Source: Promethearchaeota archaeon (GTDB lineage: Archaea; Asgardarchaeota; Lokiarchaeia; Sigyniarchaeales; SOKP01). Taken from it: DNA of 64,000 bases. A program made the translations under genes and the position numbers. Below, one piece after another: positions 40,164 through 50,917 of this stretch. Positions within the stretch are counted from its first letter, which is position 1, and each line of letters begins with the position of its first letter. The stretch is from positions 96,001-160,000 of the forward strand of contig JBHLNF010000005.1 in the NCBI GenBank assembly GCA_048937405.1. Reading direction: 5' to 3'. The notes under the pieces were generated by a model, which worked only from the letters and a program-made list of their open reading frames with translations, was not told the origin of the DNA and searched no databases.

Positions 40164-41624
40164 ATGAAAATCTTAATGAAACTGCTAAATTTATTGAGTA
40201 AAAATTTAAAAAATAAAGAATTACTAATTAATTTAATGATAAAGATTAAAATTCTAAAGAATCTCAATCATATTATAAAGAAGTTTATTTTCGAAAAGCT
40301 TTTAGGTCTGAACTTTTCATTTTTACATGATTCTTTTTTTGCGGATATCTACAATGATGTTTCATTTATAAGAAATCCCATTTTATTTGGAAAACGTATT
40401 TATAGTAGTTTTAGATACGTAAAAGATAAAAAAATTCAAGAATTTAAAGAATTTATAAGGTATGGGGAAAAAAAATTAAGTATTAGTAAAATTTATTGGG
40501 CTAATCCTAAAAACATAAAGTATAACTTAGAAGATAATTTTTTTAACTCATCTGATTACTCCTTAACTTTAACAGGTGATTGGGATCTACCTGTTAAATA
40601 CTTTAAAGATCTTTCTGTATATAGAGCTCTTAAACAGAGAATTAAAGAAGGAAAGAATTGGGAAGAAATTGAATTTTATAATCGAAGTCTGAATGAAATT
40701 TCTAAAGGAATAAATAAATTGGGTTGTAAAAATAAAGAAGAATTGGAAATTAAGATAAGAAATATAGATTCCTTATCTAATCAATTAAAAGAAGATAGTA
40801 GGCTTCTGATGGGAAATATTAAATATTTAAAAAAAATTTTTAGAAATCTAAGAACTCAAACGATTATAGATAAGATTATCGTTGTCATTGGAAGAAATGG
40901 ACAACTTATTCATGCTAGTGATGGAATTGGTCTATCAATTGCCAAATTATTTAATATTCCTTTAGTACCAATTTATATTACTGCTAGGCATAAGAAATGG
41001 ATGGATTTTAGAAAAGAACTAATCTACTTTATCAGAAAATATAATAATGGAATACTTTATCAACCCATAACTCATCCTGATCTTCAATATTTCCCCAATC
41101 AACATGGGGAAACCCGTTATTATATGATTAAAGAAAATATCTCCATTTCCCAGGGAAAAATTCTTGATATTGGAGCGAATTTAGGATATTTCTGTCATAG
41201 ATTTGAAGATGAGGGATATGATTGTTATGCTGCTGAAAAAAATCTAATTAATTCATATTTTTTAAAAAAACTACATCGTGCAGAAAATAAAAAGTTTAAA
41301 ATTATATTAGGTTCAATCTTTGAATATAAAAAAAATCAAGAGTTACATTTCGATATAGTTTTTGCTTTGAATATTTTTCATCATTTTTTAAAGACAAAGA
41401 ATCTTTATTTAAATTTAATCAAATTATTAAAAAGACTTAACGTAAAGGAGCTATACTTTGGTCCACATACACTAAACTATTTTCGAAATAAGCCGTTTTA
41501 TAGAAATTATAACCCAGAACAGTTCGTAAACTTTATAATTAAAAATTCTAGTTTAAAACGAGCAAAATTCATAGGAAAGACTATAGATGGAAGATCTTTA
41601 TACAAAATTACATCTTATGACTAA
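40164..41624 (+). CDS. ParB/Srx-like domain (degenerate) fused to a class I SAM methyltransferase
   Basis: GDWD..., IGRNGQ...DGIGLSIAK (GxHR lost), then ILDIGANLGYF and LNIFHHF; paralog of 42977-44305. Confidence 0.7.
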   Translation: MKILMKLLNLLSKNLKNKELLINLMIKIKILKNLNHIIKKFIFEKLLGLNFSFLHDSFFADIYNDVSFIRNPILFGKRIYSSFRYVKDKKIQEFKEFIRYGEKKLSISKIYWANPKNIKYNLEDNFFNSSDYSLTLTGDWDLPVKYFKDLSVYRALKQRIKEGKNWEEIEFYNRSLNEISKGINKLGCKNKEELEIKIRNIDSLSNQLKEDSRLLMGNIKYLKKIFRNLRTQTIIDKIIVVIGRNGQLIHASDGIGLSIAKLFNIPLVPIYITARHKKWMDFRKELIYFIRKYNNGILYQPITHPDLQYFPNQHGETRYYMIKENISISQGKILDIGANLGYFCHRFEDEGYDCYAAEKNLINSYFLKKLHRAENKKFKIILGSIFEYKKNQELHFDIVFALNIFHHFLKTKNLYLNLIKLLKRLNVKELYFGPHTLNYFRNKPFYRNYNPEQFVNFIIKNSSLKRAKFIGKTIDGRSLYKITSYD

Positions 41625-41742
41625 ATCCCCCTACATAAGAGTTATTCATCTGTTAATTTAGAAAATACTCTTTATTAAATAACTTAAATTGTTTGATATC
41701 ATTATTTAAATTTAAAATACAATGACTTATTTAAAATTTTAG

Positions 41743-42945
41743 ATGAAAATTGCTGTAATCACTGATCATATTCCTTCTAAATGGGCTCATAGTATTAATA
41801 CTATGAAGATGGCTCAGGGTTTTTTTAAATTAGGACATAAAGTAGAGGTTTTAGTTATCCAGAGATATAAAGAAGCCAAAAACAAGTTAAAAATAAAAGA
41901 TGTTCATAATTTTTATGGTGTCAATAAAAAAGTTAAAATAAAATATTTTCGGGATTATTCCCCATATTATTTTCGGGAAATTCGATATTTAGGAGGTTTT
42001 CTGGTTGAAGCTGCTAATTTTCTAACAAGATTTTTATATCCCTTAAAAATTTTTTTCGATCCTGAAAAGAAAATTAGTTATTATTGCAAAAAAGAAAAAT
42101 TCGATTTAGCGTTCTGCAGAAGAGCATATAAAACAGTATATTATAATACTTTCAATAAAATATCAACAATTTTAGATGTTCATGATTATAGAAATGCAGA
42201 ATTAAATGATATTGTAAAATTGAATAACAATGTATACTTTAAAGGTATAATGACAATCAATAATGTAATAAAAGAAAAATTGATTAAGTTTGGTTTCGCA
42301 AGAGAGAAATTTGCAGTTATGGATAATGCAGTAGAATTAAATAAATTTAACCAAATAACTGATAATAAATTAGAGTTAAGAAAAAAATTAAATCTACCAT
42401 TAAATAGAAGGATTATATTATATTCTGGAGCATTATATAATAATCGAGGTATTGATAGTATTTTAAATGCATCAAATTTGCTAAAACATAAAGATATTTC
42501 ATTTTTTTTTATTGGTGGAGATACAAAATCTATTAAACGGTGGAAAAAATTTATTTCGAAGAATTCAATTTTAGCAAATATAAGTTTTTTAGGATGGAAG
42601 GAACGGAATTTGGTTCCATTATATCTCAAAGCTTCTGATATTTTATTAGCAACATATTCAGTAAATTGTCCAACATTAGATATAATGTCCCCAGTAAAAC
42701 TTATCGAATACATGGCATCAAAAACTCCTTCTATTGTAACAAAAATAGGTAGAAATATTGAATTATGTGAAGATTATACTAATTGTTTATTTACTAAACC
42801 TGATGATCCAAGAGATTTGAGTGAAAAAATCGAAATTCTACTTTTAAATGATGAACTTAAGAATAAATTGATAACGAATGCTTATGCTAAAGCAAAAAAT
42901 TATACATTTGAAAAAAGATGCCAAAAAATTCTTGAATTATTATAA
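41743..42945 (+). CDS. Glycosyltransferase family 4
   Basis: WAHSINTMKM, DNAV, YSGALYNNRG, MSPVKLIEYMAS. Confidence 0.92.
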   Translation: MKIAVITDHIPSKWAHSINTMKMAQGFFKLGHKVEVLVIQRYKEAKNKLKIKDVHNFYGVNKKVKIKYFRDYSPYYFREIRYLGGFLVEAANFLTRFLYPLKIFFDPEKKISYYCKKEKFDLAFCRRAYKTVYYNTFNKISTILDVHDYRNAELNDIVKLNNNVYFKGIMTINNVIKEKLIKFGFAREKFAVMDNAVELNKFNQITDNKLELRKKLNLPLNRRIILYSGALYNNRGIDSILNASNLLKHKDISFFFIGGDTKSIKRWKKFISKNSILANISFLGWKERNLVPLYLKASDILLATYSVNCPTLDIMSPVKLIEYMASKTPSIVTKIGRNIELCEDYTNCLFTKPDDPRDLSEKIEILLLNDELKNKLITNAYAKAKNYTFEKRCQKILELL

Positions 42946-42976
42946 TTCAAAAACATCGTAGAAATAATGTTATACT

Positions 42977-44305
42977 ATGAAAAATGTAAAATTATTAATG
43001 AAAAAACTTGATTTAAGGAGATCTATTGAAAAATTAAAAGTGAAAAACTACTTCTTAGGGGGTGTGCTCTTAATTGTTTGGGACACACTCAAAGCTCTCA
43101 AATTTAATTTTAAAAAAAAAATATCAAAATTCCAAATACGTTTGAAATATGGCGTTAGTAAATTATTTTTTAATAGACTTTGTTGGATCAATCCAAAAGA
43201 GATACAATATTGTGTTGAAAGTGATTTTGATAAAAATGAAGATTTTTTGCATATAATTGATGGTAATTGGGATAATTCGAATAGGCTTTTCGAAGATCTA
43301 GATATTTTTCAATCATTTAAACAACGTTACGCTTATAATAAAAACTGGGATGAGACTGAATTTTATCATAGAGTACTCAACCAAATTTCAAGAGGGATTA
43401 AAAAATGGGGATGTGAGACCAAAGAAGGTTTAGATAATCGAGTTAGAACCATAGACGCTCTTTATTCTCAAATAAAGAAAAATGGATTCAAATCAAGAAA
43501 AGAATTAAACATTTCAACAAGCTGGTTTGGGAAAATAGCAAAACCTGAATATTCTGATGAGATTGCTTTAATGGTTGGCAGAAAAGGAGAACTATTGTTT
43601 TTCGATGGGAGGCATAGACTGTCAATTGCTAAATTGCTTAAAATCCCTGAAATTCCAATAAAGATTATAGCAAGACATAAAAAATGGATGGCGTTTCGCT
43701 ATAACTTTTTATTATATAGCAAGAATGAATTGAAAAAAAAATTTTCCCATTCTTTAAAGCATCCAGATTTACAAGATATCCCTATTCATGAGGAAGATTC
43801 GATTTTTAAGATAATAAAGAAGAATCTAACTCTAACTTGTGGTTCCTTATTAGATTTAAGTGCTAAATTGGGATATATCTGCCATAGATTTGATACTAAG
43901 GGATATAATTGCTTAGCATTTGAGAAAAATCCACATAACTTATACTTCTTAAAAATGCTAAAAATCATCGAGAAGTGGAATTTTAAAATTATCGAACCTA
44001 AACTATTAGAAAAAAATATGTACAAAAATTTGGATGTAGATATTATTTTAATATTAGATATTTTTGGTGATTATTTTACCAATAAGGAAAGTAACTTATT
44101 ATTAATTAAAATTTTAAGTAAATTTAAGCCAAAAGAATTATTAATTGGGATAAATATTCCTAATAATTTTCAAAAAATAGGATATCGGAAAAATTTAACA
44201 TCTAAAGATATCTTGAATCTAATTACTGAAACATCCAACTTGAATACACAACATTTCATTGGAGAAGCAAATGATGGAACCTTATTCTACAAATTTACGG
44301 CCTAA
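42977..44305 (+). CDS. ParB/Srx-like domain (intact DGRHRL) fused to a degenerate class I methyltransferase domain
   Basis: LYSQIKKNGF...VGRKGELLFFDGRHRLSIAKLL; the SAM motif I reads LLDLSAKLG. Confidence 0.7.
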   Translation: MKNVKLLMKKLDLRRSIEKLKVKNYFLGGVLLIVWDTLKALKFNFKKKISKFQIRLKYGVSKLFFNRLCWINPKEIQYCVESDFDKNEDFLHIIDGNWDNSNRLFEDLDIFQSFKQRYAYNKNWDETEFYHRVLNQISRGIKKWGCETKEGLDNRVRTIDALYSQIKKNGFKSRKELNISTSWFGKIAKPEYSDEIALMVGRKGELLFFDGRHRLSIAKLLKIPEIPIKIIARHKKWMAFRYNFLLYSKNELKKKFSHSLKHPDLQDIPIHEEDSIFKIIKKNLTLTCGSLLDLSAKLGYICHRFDTKGYNCLAFEKNPHNLYFLKMLKIIEKWNFKIIEPKLLEKNMYKNLDVDIILILDIFGDYFTNKESNLLLIKILSKFKPKELLIGINIPNNFQKIGYRKNLTSKDILNLITETSNLNTQHFIGEANDGTLFYKFTA

Positions 44306-44410
44306 ATCCAAAATAACTTTTCTTGGAACTCTATATAAAAATAGCATTAAAAATAAAAAAAAGATAGGATCTATCATATTTAATCATAATTTTTGAAATC
44401 CAGAATTTCA

Positions 44411-44959
44411 TTAAAGAAATTTTCCTTCTTTTTTTAGTTTCTTATAATGTTCAATATCTCTATAAGAAAAAGGTTCTGCAGGATGTCCTCCTGCAATAGC
44501 ATAATCTGGGATATCCATTGATACAACACTTCCTGCCTGAATTATCGCACCTTCTCCAATTCTCACACCCCCTAATAATGTAACTCGAGAACCTATCCAA
44601 ACATTATCCCCTATTATGACATCCTTATAAATACGTTTAGAATCGTAGGGTATTTTAGTTCCTTTATTATAATTATGTATTTGTGTAATAACTAAAATAT
44701 CATTACCAGAATGAAAATTATCTCCTACAATAAATTTACCTCTCCCTACTACTTTAATCCCATTGAAGGAGCAATTTTTACCTAAATATGTTTGACCAGT
44801 GAGACTTACTTTAGAGGATTTTATAATAGGAATACTATCATAACTAGCAATAATTCTTAAATTTTCTTCAATTGTAAGAGATAATTTTATATTTTCAATC
44901 AATTCCATGAATTTATTTCTTAATACAATTAAAAACCTTTTTATCAGTTTAGTCTTCAT
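44411..44959 (-). CDS. Hexapeptide-repeat (LbH) O-acetyltransferase
   Basis: HNY, VIIGDNVWIGSRVTLLGGVRIGEGAIIQAGSVV, AGGHPA. Confidence 0.92.
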   Translation of the reverse strand: MKTKLIKRFLIVLRNKFMELIENIKLSLTIEENLRIIASYDSIPIIKSSKVSLTGQTYLGKNCSFNGIKVVGRGKFIVGDNFHSGNDILVITQIHNYNKGTKIPYDSKRIYKDVIIGDNVWIGSRVTLLGGVRIGEGAIIQAGSVVSMDIPDYAIAGGHPAEPFSYRDIEHYKKLKKEGKFL

Positions 44960-44976
44960 AATAATCTTTTTTTTAA

Positions 44977-46872
44977 TTATTTAAAAACAATTTTTTGAAT
45001 TAATTTTAATATCTTTTCTGCGGGAACTTCATTTTTATCATAATAAGAATAATTCAGGGCAGTTCTTTTTAAATCTTCAGAATATTTATTGTAAAGATCT
45101 TTATTTTTTACTAAATTCTTAATATTTTTAGCTAATTCTTTTTGATTCTTTACATTTATTAGAAGATCATTTTCTACAAAGAGATAAGATCCTATCTTGA
45201 TAAAATCTAGATTTACTAAATCCAATTTAATTGTTGGTATTCCAATTATCATTGCTTCTAAAATGGTAGTTGATTGTCTTGCTAATAATAAATTACATGT
45301 ATAGATAAGATCCAAGATGTTATAATCTTTTACAATAATAGGATCTACACCAAGTTTATTAAAAATTTGCTTATGAATTTTACCATTCTCACCAGGATGT
45401 AGCTTTATAATGAAATTCTCAACCAAATCCAAATCTTTTAAACAACTTATTATTGCCATAAAAATTTTCTCATAAGAGATCTCATCTAATGTATTTGTCG
45501 CCAATAATATGGTAAATTTATCTGGTGTAAATTCATAAGTTCGATCACTAAAAAGATCCTTTATTTCATTCAATTTTTTAATTTGGTTTTTAAACAAAAC
45601 CTCATAACGAGGTCTCCCAGTTATTATAATATTTTTCCCTGATTTTCCTTTGGATATCATGTATTCTTTATCTTTTTTGCATTCTAATGCATAAAAATCA
45701 ACATTTGGTTTGGTAACCATTTGATGAAAGATTGGATATGCTGAATGTGGAATATGAATCGTTGGAATTTGATTTTTTTTACAATAATTAATAAAAAGTC
45801 GACCATCTGTTTTGTAATCATTAGTTATTATTACCACAGAAGGCTTATTCATTTTAATTATCTGTTTGAAAAGATAAAAATCATTAAAAATATCGATTAA
45901 TAAGCTAAATAAATTATCAAAGTAAAAATCTTTTATTAAACCTGTTAATTTTATTGAACCATACTCTATATAATCAGCTGAACTTGCGAGATTGCCTAAC
46001 CAAATCTCTCTTTTGAGCTTCAAAAACTTGAATAATTGAGTAAATCGATTTAAGGGTATAAAATGATTTAAATTTCCCCTATTATATATAATAGGGTTAA
46101 TTAATTTATTTTTTTTAAGGAGCGAATATATTGGCTTGATACTTTCAATTTGATTTTTTGTTCTAGCAGTAATTAATACGTTTTCTTGTGATTTATTTAT
46201 GGAAGAACTCTTAGTTACAATTTTCTTGAACCAGAAGGATTTTAGATTTTCACTTAATAAATTAAGGAAATATTTTATGTGTGAAGATACTGCAAAACTA
46301 TTATTCAAAATTAAAATTGAATCTGAAAAAACTTCAACATTTCTAACCCTTTTGTTTAAAACCTTAAAAAAATCTAAGAAATTAGGGTTATAATTAAATA
46401 GAATAGTCTTATTATAATCATCTGAGGAAACGATGTTTTTGATTAATTCATATTCTCCAAAAACCTGGTTAAGATATCTTAACAATACAAGTTCGATAAG
46501 ATCTCCAATAAATACTCCCTTTAAATGAAAAATCTGTGATTCAATTAAAATATTAAATATTTTAGATAACATCTCTTTGTTTTCTTTCATGAGTTTATCT
46601 AAAATTTGTAAGAAGGTTAAATGGTCTAGTTTTACTCTAAAATGTGAAAGCATTTCAATCTTAGTATTATTTGATTTTATCGCGATTGTTTTCCTATTTG
46701 TTATTATTTTAATATCTAGCTTTTCATGATATGTCTTCTTTAACTTAGATATCAAACGATTTAATTTTTGATTTATATAAAAATTGAGAAACTTATTTAG
46801 CCTCTTCGTTAATTTTAAATAATCTCGGTTAAATAAATTATCCAAAATGAGAATTTTTTTCTCTTTTTCCAT
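44977..46872 (-). CDS. GT-B-fold HP-motif transferase (TagF/sialyltransferase-like); candidate CMP-nonulosonate transferase
   Basis: IHIPHS, ITGRPRYE, IIKLHPGE, QSTTILEAMIIGIP; divergent from neuB. Confidence 0.65.
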   Translation of the reverse strand: MEKEKKILILDNLFNRDYLKLTKRLNKFLNFYINQKLNRLISKLKKTYHEKLDIKIITNRKTIAIKSNNTKIEMLSHFRVKLDHLTFLQILDKLMKENKEMLSKIFNILIESQIFHLKGVFIGDLIELVLLRYLNQVFGEYELIKNIVSSDDYNKTILFNYNPNFLDFFKVLNKRVRNVEVFSDSILILNNSFAVSSHIKYFLNLLSENLKSFWFKKIVTKSSSINKSQENVLITARTKNQIESIKPIYSLLKKNKLINPIIYNRGNLNHFIPLNRFTQLFKFLKLKREIWLGNLASSADYIEYGSIKLTGLIKDFYFDNLFSLLIDIFNDFYLFKQIIKMNKPSVVIITNDYKTDGRLFINYCKKNQIPTIHIPHSAYPIFHQMVTKPNVDFYALECKKDKEYMISKGKSGKNIIITGRPRYEVLFKNQIKKLNEIKDLFSDRTYEFTPDKFTILLATNTLDEISYEKIFMAIISCLKDLDLVENFIIKLHPGENGKIHKQIFNKLGVDPIIVKDYNILDLIYTCNLLLARQSTTILEAMIIGIPTIKLDLVNLDFIKIGSYLFVENDLLINVKNQKELAKNIKNLVKNKDLYNKYSEDLKRTALNYSYYDKNEVPAEKILKLIQKIVFK

Positions 46873-47019
46873 CGAATTGCATCATGAAATCTATAACTTA
46901 AGTTTTTTTAATTAATACATTTATAAAAAAACAAATTAGATGAGAAAACATAAACTTTTATTTTAAATATTATTTTCTATTTTATACTATATTTAAGAAA
47001 CTTAATTATAACAAGATTT

Positions 47020-48057
47020 ATGGAAACCACTATGGAATATTTAGGTAAAAAGATTCAGAGTTGCGAATTTTTTATCATTGCAGAGGTTGGACTTAATCAT
47101 AATGGTAGTTTTGGTAATGCTTTAAGATTAATTGATGAAGCTCAAAAAGCGGGAGTAAATGCAGTGAAATTTCAACTTCACATCTCTGAGAAAGAAAGAA
47201 TGAAAAATGCTCCAATTCCAGAATATTTTACTCTTGAAACTCGGGATGAATATTTTGATAGAACCGCTTTTTCTTTAAACGAATGGATAAAAATAAAAAA
47301 CTATGCTCATGAAAATAAATTATATTTTATAGTGTCTCCTTTTTCGCATAAAGCAGTAGATATATTAGAACAAGTTAATGTTGATGCCTATAAAATCGCA
47401 TCAGGGGAAACTACAAATATTCCATTATTAGAATATATAAATTCTAAAAATAAACCTGTCTTACTCTCTACTGGGATGTCTAATTGGCAAGAAATTTTAA
47501 ATGCAATTGATACTTTGAAGAAAAATCTAATAGTTTTATTCCAATGCTCTTCTCAGTACCCATGTCCACCAGAAAATATTGGTTTGAATATAATCACTAA
47601 AATGAAACAAAAATTTAGTGATTTAACTATAGGATTTTCAGATCATACTCCGGATTGTTACACTTCTATTGGAGCATATATTATGGGTGCTAGAGTTTTC
47701 GAAAAACACTTTACATTATCAAAAAAAGTATATGGTCCTGACGCAAGTTTATCCTTAGAACCTCATGAATTAAAAGAATATGTTAATGGTATATCTTATA
47801 TCTCCAAAGCTTTGAACAATCCAGTTGATAAGGATAATATTGAAAAATATAAACTCGCGAAATTAAAATATGAAAAAAGTATTGTAGCGGCCAAAGATTT
47901 AGAAAAGGATCATATTTTAGAATACCAAGATTTAGATTTTAAAAAGCCGGGAGATGGGCTAAGAGCTGATAAATATAAGGACATCATCGGTATGAAAGTA
48001 ACTACAAATATAAAAAAAGATGAAAAAATAGAATTTGAAAAATTAATGGATAATTAG
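47020..48057 (+). CDS. neuB: Nonulosonic acid synthase (NeuB family) with C-terminal SAF domain
   Basis: IIAEVGLNHNG, AVKFQ, YKIASGE, LSTGMS, GFSDHT, FEKHFTL, KKPGDG. Confidence 0.93.
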   Translation: METTMEYLGKKIQSCEFFIIAEVGLNHNGSFGNALRLIDEAQKAGVNAVKFQLHISEKERMKNAPIPEYFTLETRDEYFDRTAFSLNEWIKIKNYAHENKLYFIVSPFSHKAVDILEQVNVDAYKIASGETTNIPLLEYINSKNKPVLLSTGMSNWQEILNAIDTLKKNLIVLFQCSSQYPCPPENIGLNIITKMKQKFSDLTIGFSDHTPDCYTSIGAYIMGARVFEKHFTLSKKVYGPDASLSLEPHELKEYVNGISYISKALNNPVDKDNIEKYKLAKLKYEKSIVAAKDLEKDHILEYQDLDFKKPGDGLRADKYKDIIGMKVTTNIKKDEKIEFEKLMDN

Positions 48058-48075
48058 TATTATAAAAATGAGATA

Positions 48076-49278
48076 ATGAATCAAAAAAATATAAGAAAGG
48101 TATGTGTTTTTCTAGGAAGCAGAGCCCATTATTCTAGTCTCATTTCAATTATGGAACATATTCAAAAATCAGATAAATTGGAACAAATATTAATAGTAGG
48201 AGCCTCTGCAATATTAGATAAATATGGAGAAGCGATTAATATAATTGAAAGAGATGGTTTTAAAGTTAATGAAAAACTTTTTATGATTATCGAAGGTGAG
48301 AATCCTCAAACGATGGCTAAATCTACAGGTTTAGGCTTAATTGAGTTATCTAGTATTTTTAATAAATACAAACCAAATTTTACTGTGATAGTAGCAGATA
48401 GGTTCGAAATGCTTGCATGTGCCATTGCCTCTGCGTATAATAATATACCTATTGCTCATATTCAAGGTGGTGAAGTATCAGGTAGTATCGATGAGAGTAT
48501 AAGACACGCAATCACTAAATTATCTCATCTTCATTTTCCATCAAATGAGTTAGCTAAACAGAGGATATTACAAATGGGAGAAGATGAACGGTATGTTTTT
48601 AATTTTGGTTGTCCTCGAATAGATACAGTTAAGAAAATCCTAGATCAACCATATAGGTTTGATGAAATTAATAATATAATAAGAACACAAGGAGTAGGAG
48701 ATGTTTTCGATATTAACAACCACTTTTTATTAATAGCCCAACATCCTGTTACAACAGAGTATGGAGAAGGAAAGCAACAAATTACTAATACACTTCAAGC
48801 AATTAAAGAAATTACTCAAGAGAGAGACATACCCGCTATCATATTATGGCCAAACGCTGATGCCGGAAGTGATGATATTGCTGAAGGTATCAGATACTTT
48901 AGAGAACACGAAGAAGAAAAAAATTTACATTTTATCAAAAATTTCTCATTTGAGCATTATATTTGGTTAATGGATAAAACTTTATGCCTTATTGGAAATT
49001 CCAGTAGTGGAATCAGAGAAGGTGGTTTCATTGGAACTCCCGTGGTTAATATCGGAACAAGGCAAAATGATAGAGCTCGTGCTAGCAATGTACTGGATTG
49101 TGATTATTCTTATGAAAATATTAAAGAATCTATTGAAAAACAAATTACTCATGGTAAATATAAATCAGAAACCATATATGGCGATGGAAATGCTGGAAAA
49201 AACATAATCAGGATATTAGAGACTATTGATATTAAGGTTCAAAAAAGATTTATGACACGTAACATTTCAAATATATAA
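48076..49278 (+). CDS. neuC: Hydrolysing NDP-N-acetylhexosamine 2-epimerase (NeuC/LegG family)
   Basis: GSRAHY, ADRFE, AHIQGGEVSGSIDESIRHAITKLSHLHF, QHPVT, GNSSSG, NIGTRQ, YGDG. Confidence 0.93.
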   Translation: MNQKNIRKVCVFLGSRAHYSSLISIMEHIQKSDKLEQILIVGASAILDKYGEAINIIERDGFKVNEKLFMIIEGENPQTMAKSTGLGLIELSSIFNKYKPNFTVIVADRFEMLACAIASAYNNIPIAHIQGGEVSGSIDESIRHAITKLSHLHFPSNELAKQRILQMGEDERYVFNFGCPRIDTVKKILDQPYRFDEINNIIRTQGVGDVFDINNHFLLIAQHPVTTEYGEGKQQITNTLQAIKEITQERDIPAIILWPNADAGSDDIAEGIRYFREHEEEKNLHFIKNFSFEHYIWLMDKTLCLIGNSSSGIREGGFIGTPVVNIGTRQNDRARASNVLDCDYSYENIKESIEKQITHGKYKSETIYGDGNAGKNIIRILETIDIKVQKRFMTRNISNI

Positions 49279-49280
49279 AC

Positions 49281-49985
49281 ATGAGTTTACCTAAAAATAA
49301 GTATCTAGCAATAATTCCTGCTAGATGTGGTTCAAAAGGTATTAAGAAAAAAAACATTGTCGATGTTAATGGTAAACCTTTAATAGAATATACAATTAAA
49401 CCCGCGGTAGAAACATTAAAAAAGCGGATTGTTGAAAAAGTTATTGTTTCGACGGATTGTAAGGAAATTAAGAAAATTTGCGAAGATTTAGGTGCTGAAG
49501 TTCCTTTTTTAAGGCCAATTGAAATTTCTGGTGATAAAGCAAAATCGATAAGTTATATTTTACATGCATTAGACTTTTTTGAAAAAAGAAATCAGTTTTT
49601 TGATGCTGTAATCATTCTTCAGCCCACAGCGCCTTTAAGAACTGAAAATGATATTGAAGAGGCAATAAATTTATTTGAAGCCAACCCAAAAAGCGAATCA
49701 CTAATTTCATGTTATAGGGAAGAATATATCAATGATTTAGTAACTTATAGAAAGGAAAATAATTTTGCAATTCCTATAAATCCTAACCATAATAAAGGAG
49801 TTAGACGACAAGAACATGGGAGTATATTTGTAAGAAATGGAGCAATTTATATTACAACAGTGAAATATTTAAAAAATACTAAACAAGTTATTTCCGATAA
49901 ACCTTTAATGTATGAAATACCAAAAAGTCGATCATTAAATATAGATACATTAGAGGATTTAAAGATTTTAAGGAAATTTTTATGA
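49281..49985 (+). CDS. neuA: Acylneuraminate cytidylyltransferase (CMP-nonulosonate synthetase)
   Basis: IIPARCGSKGIKKKN, VSTD, LQPTAPLR, NGAIY, NIDTLED. Confidence 0.93.
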   Translation: MSLPKNKYLAIIPARCGSKGIKKKNIVDVNGKPLIEYTIKPAVETLKKRIVEKVIVSTDCKEIKKICEDLGAEVPFLRPIEISGDKAKSISYILHALDFFEKRNQFFDAVIILQPTAPLRTENDIEEAINLFEANPKSESLISCYREEYINDLVTYRKENNFAIPINPNHNKGVRRQEHGSIFVRNGAIYITTVKYLKNTKQVISDKPLMYEIPKSRSLNIDTLEDLKILRKFL

Positions 49986-50917
49986 ATATTGGAATAATAG
50001 AACCAAGAGATTTTTCAAAAAAAGCAATAGAGATATTAAACCAATTAGGAACTGTTGAAGTATTACATGAGAGTGATACTCTAAGTGATTTCATTAAGGA
50101 TAAAGAAATTATTTTTATACGTTTAAGGTATTATATAGGTAAGGAGTTTCTCGATGTAGCAATTAATCTCAAATTTCTTTGTACACCTACCACAGGTCTT
50201 ACTCATATTGATTTATCTGAAATTAAAAAAAGAAACATAGAAATAATATCATTAAAGGGAGAAAGTGAATTTCTTTCAAATATTCGGGCTACTCCAGAGC
50301 ATACTATTGGTTTAGTTATTAGCTTACTTAGAAATTATAGAAACTCTTTTTTAAATTTAAATAATCCAATTTGGAATAGAGATAAATATTGGGGTCATGA
50401 ATTATTTAATAATAGAGTTGGGTTAATTGGATTTGGTCGTATTGGAAAGATCTTAGCAAAGTATTTTAATAGTTTTGAAGCCGAAGTTTATTTTTATGAT
50501 ATTGATGTAGCAATTAATTCAACTTATAATGCCATTAGATTGGATAATCTTGAAGAATTAATAAAAAAATCAAAAATAATTATCCTATGTGCTTCTTATA
50601 ACAAAAGAAATAAGAAGTTCTTTGATCATAGATATATAGATCTATTGAAAGATAAATACTTTATTAATATTTCAAGAGGGGAATTAATTGATGAAATATA
50701 TCTAATAAAAAAAATAAAGAATAATTTCTTTAAAGGTATAGCTTTAGACGTTATATCGGACGAAACAAAAGATAATAATAATTTATCGGAGTTTTTGAGA
50801 TTGACTAAAAAAAGAAATTTCATTTTGACTCCTCATATCTCAGGAGCTACTTATAAATCAATTCATGCAACAGAAGAATTTATTGCAGGAAAATTAAAGA
50901 GTATAATTAAAAAATAA
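49982..50917 (+). CDS. D-isomer-specific 2-hydroxyacid dehydrogenase
   Basis: TTGLTHID, GLIGFGRIG, INISRG, ALDV..DE, LTPHISG; ATGA overlap with neuA. Confidence 0.9.
   Translation: MNIGIIEPRDFSKKAIEILNQLGTVEVLHESDTLSDFIKDKEIIFIRLRYYIGKEFLDVAINLKFLCTPTTGLTHIDLSEIKKRNIEIISLKGESEFLSNIRATPEHTIGLVISLLRNYRNSFLNLNNPIWNRDKYWGHELFNNRVGLIGFGRIGKILAKYFNSFEAEVYFYDIDVAINSTYNAIRLDNLEELIKKSKIIILCASYNKRNKKFFDHRYIDLLKDKYFINISRGELIDEIYLIKKIKNNFFKGIALDVISDETKDNNNLSEFLRLTKKRNFILTPHISGATYKSIHATEEFIAGKLKSIIKK

Noticed and set aside
42977-44305. ParB motif as a sign of plasmid or chromosome partitioning or a mobile element
   Set aside because: There is no ParA, HTH domain or parS-like repeat. The domain is fused to a methyltransferase among glycosyltransferases.
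44977-46872. Calling the HP-motif proteins UDP-GlcNAc 2-epimerases
   Set aside because: They share only the GT-B C-terminal fold and lack the DRxE and HxxGG motifs present in the real NeuC at 48076.
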